DNA of 45,992 nt, taken from Chiloscyllium plagiosum. Its lineage: Eukaryota. The stretch lies in the NCBI RefSeq assembly GCF_004010195.1, contig NC_057753.1, positions 6,547,483 through 6,593,474 of the forward strand, read 5' to 3'. This document shows, in pieces, positions 39,901 to 45,992 of the stretch (positions are counted from its first letter, which is position 1; every line of letters starts with the position of its first letter). A program made the translations under genes and the position numbers. Under the pieces are notes generated by a model. The model saw only the letters and a list, made by a program, of their open reading frames with translations, was not told the DNA's origin and did no database searches.

Positions 39901-41219
39901 TGAGACTAAGTGTGAAACAATTACTGAACCAAACTAAGTATGTAATGATTATCTATTGCTTTCTAATGAGTTCCAAAGAGATCTAATCAGGAACCCGTTG
40001 GAGACGTTTGGATCGTCAGTTGTTCTGATGATGCTGTCTCATTAAAGAAGATATTTTGGCCTTCACTCATTTTTGAAAAGAGGTGGTAAAGTAAGAGGTG
40101 CCGAAATATCTGCAAATGGTTACTTTAAAATGGCAGGGCAGTAGCCCGATCTCCCAGTTCAGTCTTTTTTCATCTAAACTAGTTTAGTTTTAGTTGGAGC
40201 AGAAGCTCATAAAATGCAAACAGCTTTCATGCTTTAGCAGATGATCCCTGGGTGTCTTCTGTCTGATATCTTTACTGCCTTTAATAACCTGCATTTTAAT
40301 TTACGATTTATGTGACTATTCTGAGAATTGGAGCAGTTCCTTAGTTAAGTTGTTACATCGAATCGGTAGGTTTACGAACGGTTAGTTTATGCTAAATTCT
40401 ATTTTCCTTTACTTGTGTTTAACTGCATTGTTTGCTGAAGTTCCGTTCTGCTGGGAGCTGAGTGATTTCAACAGTTGTGTACCTCCTGCATTATCCACCC
40501 ACATCCGCCTTATAAAAGAAAACAAATACGGTCCGGGGAGCCATTTTAACATTGTTTGACTGAGTTTGGCCTGTTCCACAGTATTGCCAATTCACCCAAC
40601 GGGAAATACTGAAAAACAGGGAGAATTGAGAACAGCACAACTCCTGGATCTTCTGTAATAGTTCGAGAGTTAAAGACTCAGGAAGAGAACTTCTGGGACA
40701 TTCCACTCGGTTCACTGACTCTGCACCCCAGTGAAACAAGTGGAAGGAATGACTGGTAGTAATGGATCTTCAATCAGCCAAAATCTCAGAGCTTGGCAAA
40801 GCGTGTGGCGGATTAGGTGCCAATTTTGTAGTGGGGTAAATGGTTCCTCAGAAAGGCTAACAAGTGAGCGAACACACATGGAAAACTTTTGGAGCAGACA
40901 GACATGGTGTCTCACAATCTAGTAGATGTTGATTCTTGTGCGCAGTGTGAAGAGGGGCCTATCACTTACCTGTTGCGTTGTGCATTTGTGTTATGTCTGT
41001 GAACCTAACACAACTTTTGCATTTCCGAACACAATCATCAGAAAAAAAGAAGAAAAAAATCTGGCACAGTAGGATCGTCAGATACAACTGGTAGAAAAGT
41101 GGACTGAAACATTTTGTCTGTAGGAGCTCGTCTTAACGGTCAGGATTGTCTAAAATTCAGTAAGAAATAGAAGTAAGAATTCAGTTCGCTTGTCGAACCG
41201 CTCCCTGTAACCTTGGCCG

Positions 41220-42550
41220 TTAGGGTTTGGCAACACTCTCGTAAAATTCGTTGCACTTTTTACAGTTTAATAGCATCCTTCCTTGAGCAAAATGAGAAAA
41301 AGGAAATCTCAACACAATATTCGAATTCTAGCCTCATTAACGTCCTGTAAAATTGCAAGCTAACTTGGCAATTCTATTCTCAATAGACTGACTGATGAAG
41401 GCCAGTGTGTCTTCACTGCCTTATCCGCCAATGACTCCTCTTTCAGAGAAACATGTACCTGAAAACGAAGATTCTACTGTTCCAGTGCGCTCCTTAATCC
41501 CTACCAGTTCGCTTAACTTGGTCAATTCCTACCTTGCTTTAACTTTGAACAGTGGAAGACGACACGCTTATCTATGTTAAACAGCATTTCAAATTTCTCG
41601 GTCCTTGATAAAAATTGTGAACAGGGATGGGCCCAGCATCGACCACTGAGGCACTTCATTCGTCACAGGTTTGCAGTGCGACAAGCATCCTTCTTTTATT
41701 GCACTCTGCTTCCGAACATGAAGCCAATTGTGCATCCAGTTGGACAGCTCTGCCTCGAATCTAAGCAATTCAACCTTCCAGAACAGATTCTGATGAGGAA
41801 TCCAATCATCGGCCTTACTGAATTCCATGGAGACTGTATATAACACTCTGACGTCTTCAAACTATTAAACAAAGAACATCAACAAATTTGTGTGGCCTGA
41901 TCTCACACGCAATAAGCCAGGCTACCTATTCCTGCTCAAAGCATCTCTTTCCAAATGCGTATGTCTCCAGTCTGTAGTCTCTCAGAAGCTTCCTCAGTAA
42001 ATTCCTACCATAGGATTTCTGTGTGCTGGTATTTAACTCCCAGGCCTTTCTTTGCAGATATTCCTGAATGAAGGACACGCATTCCTACTCTCCAGTCTTC
42101 TGGGACTTCATCCGTGGATAACTATGATGCAAAAATGTCAGCCAGTGCCCCCGCAATTTATTCTCTAGCCTCTTGCAGCGTTCGTGGACATCACTGTTCT
42201 GAACGTGGAGATTTATCCAGCTTCATACATTCGAATAAATCCAAGACCTCTTCTACTGTGCTAAGAACTGTCCCCAATAAATTATCACTATTGGTTCCAC
42301 ATTCCCAAATCTTCATGTCTTTCTCCACGGTAAACATAGAGTAGAAATATTCATTCAGGACCTCAGCCACCTGCTGCAGTTCGACACATACATGCTCACT
42401 TTGGTTTGAGATGTCCTATTCTTTCTCTAGTCATTTATTCTGATATACTTGAAGAATCTCTTCATTTACCGAATTTTCTCAACCAAAAGTGTCACGTGTC
42501 CCATTTTCACTCTGCTGATTTCCTTCTTCAGTGAACTGCTGTATCCTCAA
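41220..42550 (-). mobile_element. Decayed CR1 LINE ORF2 (RT region)
   Basis: Minus-strand ORF ...MEFSKADDWIPH...VTNEVPQWSMLGPSLFTIFIKD resembles DFSKAFDKVPH and VPQGSVLGPLLF. Confidence 0.75.
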
Positions 42551-44109
42551 TGTACCCACATGATTTACAAAAGAACAAACTGAATTAAGGAGGTTGTGGG
42601 GAAAAGTGTGTAGTTTCCATCTGAAACATTAGCCTTTGTATAGAAATGACATTCTTTGGTGATGACAGATTTTCAGTGAAAATGAGCAAATTCAACTCAT
42701 ATGTTTGATTTTCTGTGCGATGATTCAGTGTTTGTCGTTGAATCCTCTCGTAACATGATCATACAAACTATGCAAATCGCTCGAATATCAATCTGTGCCT
42801 GCAACATATCTATCGGGGTTTTGTACAAGTGGATCTAGCTCCTGGGTCACATACTATTACAAATCAAACTTGAACCTAACATTTGTGATATGACCTTGTT
42901 TTTTTTTCAGGAAACTGTGTAACAGACTGATAGGACATTTTCAGGAGCATAATGTTAGTGACAGGAGTTATGCTTATTTGGGCCACCACATGTGTGGTTA
43001 CCAAAAATGTGCAGCTAAAATCTGTACTGATCATTTCAACATTTGAATAAATCTCTGCTTTTCAAAGAGAAAAGGGAGAAACTGCTCATGCCAGCAAGGA
43101 TGGTTTAGGAAACGGCAGAGCAAGTGGATGACTTGCTTTTCTCATTATTAATTATGCTCCTTTGGTAAATATAAAATGCCAAAAGAAAGGCGAAGTAAGC
43201 TGAAACATTTCCAGTACCAGAACGAAAAACTGCTAAAATCCAAAAACAAACAGCCAATCAAATACAGGAATACGACTAACAAAACAAAAATACTTGTTCA
43301 TTATGGGGCAAAAGAAACTTCTACAACAATGGTACATATCAGATAATGTTAAACCAGCGGCAAGGGTCAATGAAAAGCATTCTATTATGCATTTGATTCG
43401 GCATCTAGAAGTGTTAAAATGCTTTAGCTTGTTGTACACATTAACGTGAGACATGTGAAGTATCCATTATTAATCATTTAATTGTGTATTGGTAAACATT
43501 ATGTAAGTGCGTACTTTTGATTGGCAAGCATACTTGAGAGAACATGAAAGTGTAAAGCGGATATGCTGATTCATTAAGCTTAAAGATAAATTTCTGGTGA
43601 ACACACAAGGCTTGGAACCATCTGTGAAGAAATGAAAAAAGCACAGGGAACATTTCGAGTTCAATACTCCATTAATAATGACTCAATGCCAGCATCAAAC
43701 CGATATAAACACTGCCCAAAATGTTGTGCAGTCAATTGTGGAAGACAGTGAGTTGAAAGAGTAGATTTTCCTGAAACAGCGTGCCTGATACACCATCACC
43801 AGTAAACTGTAAGGCAAGCTACAATGTCAACTTCTTGATGGAGAGATATACCTAGCCTTATCGAGTGGACAGGGTGGAGGCGCGTAATGACAACAGCAAT
43901 GAAAATGCTTTCTCTCTGGAAATTAGCTTGTCATCAACAAACTGTTTGTTCAAGGTACGTTAAACCCATTATGTATAGTTTCACAACCACCGATTCCCGT
44001 GAGAGATGTTGGAATACATAAGGATCACGCATTCGCAATGAATTGTTTCACAGCCTATTTAAAGCTAATGTTCAGACAGGCAAGGACACAGTACGTCACG
44101 CAAAAAAAA

Positions 44110-44176
44110 ATGCATCTCCCTATTCAAATGATTAGGAAAGTATACTATCTGATCCTTGCCATCATTGGAGTTCCTG
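44110..44176 (+). CDS. Intact exon 1 of the GPR139/GPR142-like GPCR, copy C; exon 2 expected beyond the window
   Basis: ATG at 44110 gives MHLPIQMIRKVYYLILAIIGVP plus G, then the donor gtacgt at 44177. It has GGA where A and B have TGA. The downstream sequence is homologous to the A/B intron up to about 290 bp before the acceptor. Confidence 0.75.
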
Positions 44177-44419
44177 GTACGTTTCTAATCTGAGTAAAGC
44201 TATTTGTTTTTGTCCATGTTATTTCTCTTAAAGCTATTAATCTTCAAGTTAGTCCGTTGTATGTTCAAGGAAGCAGAATGGTTGGACATAGTGCCATCAG
44301 GCATTGTTAATTGAAAAGCAGGTGCATTTATTATGGACTGAATAGCCTCCTTATGCCAGAAAGTATTTTTGTATTTCTGTCATTCGATAGTTTACCGTTC
44401 GACTGAAAATGTGTGTACT

Positions 44420-44664
44420 GCTGTGGTTCTGTTCGCCGAGCTGGAAGTTTTTGTTGCAAACGTTTCGTCCCCTGGCTAGGCGACATCATCAGTGCTTGGG
44501 AGCCTCCTGCGAAGCGCTTCTTTGATGTTTCCTCCGGTGTTTATAGTGGTCTGTCCCTGCCGCTTCCAGTTGTCAGTTTCAGCTGTCCGCTGTAGTGGTT
44601 GGTATATTGCGTCCAGGTCGATGTGTTTGTTGATGGAGTTTGTGGAAGAATGCCATGCCTCTAG
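44420..44664 (-). mobile_element. 5'-truncated Penelope-like (Poseidon-type) insertion in the copy C intron, with 9-bp TSD
   Basis: TSD gtgtgtact at 44411-44419 and 44665-44673. The site is empty in A (about 5775) and B (about 18590). It encodes LEAWHSSTNSINKHIDLDAIYQPL, resembling the C-terminus of PLE GIY-YIG endonuclease domains. Confidence 0.85.
44456..44495 (-). ncRNA. Minimal type-I hammerhead ribozyme motif
   Basis: Minus strand reads gca-CTGATGA-t-gtcgcct-agcc-aggggac-GAAA-cgtt-tgc. Stem II pairs at 6 of 7 positions, and stem III is the palindrome ACGT. Confidence 0.75.
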
Positions 44665-45441
44665 GTGTGTACTACGAACGGAATAGCAATGATTCGAGTG
44701 TGCATTCAAATTCTGTTGTATTAACTGTTCCTTTCTTTCATTCATCTTCATTCTTAGACTCGTTGCACATTGCGGCATGTTGGTCATTGTTAATGAGGAA
44801 CAAAATTCACTTCCAGTGATTATGACAACAAAAATACACATTGCTGGAAAATCAGAGCAAGCCTGGCATCACCTGTGAGCACAATTATTCTTTCATGCCG
44901 ACTTTGTTCTATTTTCTCTCCACAAATGATGCGAGAGTCGGTTTCATTTCGGATTTCCGGCATGCCCCGTTGTATTTGTGTGTGAGGCAGTGAATTGATC
45001 AATGTTCTCTCCCGGATTAACGGCAGTAATAGGGAACATCACTCTTTTTATTGGAATCAGTAAAACTTAAGGATATCATTACATTCAACACATACAGATG
45101 ACGATATACAGGAATTTTATCTTTGAAGGACTTAATATTGGATTTTCCACTGCATTTGTTTAACCAAAGAATAGAACACAACCTGTTTCTTATGAGCTGA
45201 CATCTGAAGTCACTCCATCGTAATATATTTTTTTAAAGATTATTGTATCAGTGACTTGGATTCAATTTGTTGTGGTTCAATCAAAACCAAACCAGGTTTG
45301 CTGTCAGCTCAGATAATACGATGAGAAGTGATAAGTGAAAGCTAATTACATTATATAGTAACTTGCATCAATACCAAACCTGTCGCCATACTGCAAAGGA
45401 GCAACCTGACATTGGATGAGATACCAAAATTTTAAGCTTGC

Positions 45442-45992
45442 AACCGTGACTACCTGGTCAGGTCCACGCCCCCTACAACCCAACCTCCCATCCTGTCACC
45501 TTCCCCTGCCACCGCAGGAATTGCAAAATCTGCGCCCACACCTTCTCCTTCACCTCCATCCAAGGCCAGAAAGGAGCTTTCCACATCCATCAAAGTATTA
45601 CCTGCACATCCACCAGTATCATTTATTGTATCCGTTGCTCCCGATGTGGTCTCCTCTACATTGGGGAGACTGGACGCCTCCTAGCAGAGCAGTTTTGGGA
45701 ACATCCCTGGGACACCTGCACCAATCAACCACACCACCCTGTGGCCCAAAATTTCAACTCCCCCTCCCACTCTGCCAAGGAGATGGAGGTCCTGGGCCTC
45801 CTTCACCGCCGCTCCCTCACCACAAGACGCCGAGAGGAAGAATGCCTCATCTTCCGGCTCGGAACATTTCAACCCCAGGGCATCAATGTGGACTGCAACG
45901 GTTTCCTCATTTCCCCTTCCCCCACCTCACCCTAGTTCCGAACGTCCAGCTCAGCACTGTCTCCATCACTTTTCCTACCTGCCTATCTTCTT
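45442..45992 (+). mobile_element. Relatively young Neptune-type PLE insertion with open GIY-YIG frame, running off the window
   Basis: Homology to the A/B intron stops at about 45441. Frame 45501-45935 is open: FPCHRRNCKICAH...IIYCIRCSRCGLLYIGETGR...EEECLIFRLGTFQPQGINVD. Confidence 0.88.

Larger units (their letters stand above)
31041..45441 (-). repeat. Segmental duplication unit, copy C (inverted)
   Basis: The reverse complement matches A from about 13100 back to about 4490. For example, 42861-42930 matches 7275-7343 and 45400-45441 matches 4490-4530. 36714-38231 matches B 22908-24656. Confidence 0.95.

Overview
This is eukaryotic, AT-rich, repeat-dense DNA, most likely from a cartilaginous fish (shark). 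That inference rests on an HE1/V-SINE, CR1 LINE relics, shark-type Penelope-like elements (PLEs) and a two-exon GPR139/GPR142-like receptor architecture. The window is a segmental-duplication array built from one long unit. Copy A spans about 1-13052, copy B about 13053-30011, a further copy starts at 30012-30540, and copy C (about 31041-45441) is inverted. Each unit carries a class-A GPCR gene with a 67-nt exon 1, a phase-1 intron and one large exon 2. The GPCR genes in A and B (minus strand) are pseudogenes that share an exon-1 TGA and a frameshift at the TM3 DRY-equivalent site. Copy C (plus strand) has an intact exon 1, and its exon 2 should lie just past the window end. The rest is decayed CR1, two HE1 SINEs and at least three PLE families. 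Several PLE pieces carry minimal hammerhead ribozyme motifs, inverted-terminal-repeat hairpins and target-site duplications (TSDs), and they are present in some copies but absent from others. There are three N-gaps, one of them at the inversion point. No prokaryotic genes, CRISPR arrays or rRNA/tRNA genes were seen. Family assignments come from recalled motifs, not database searches.
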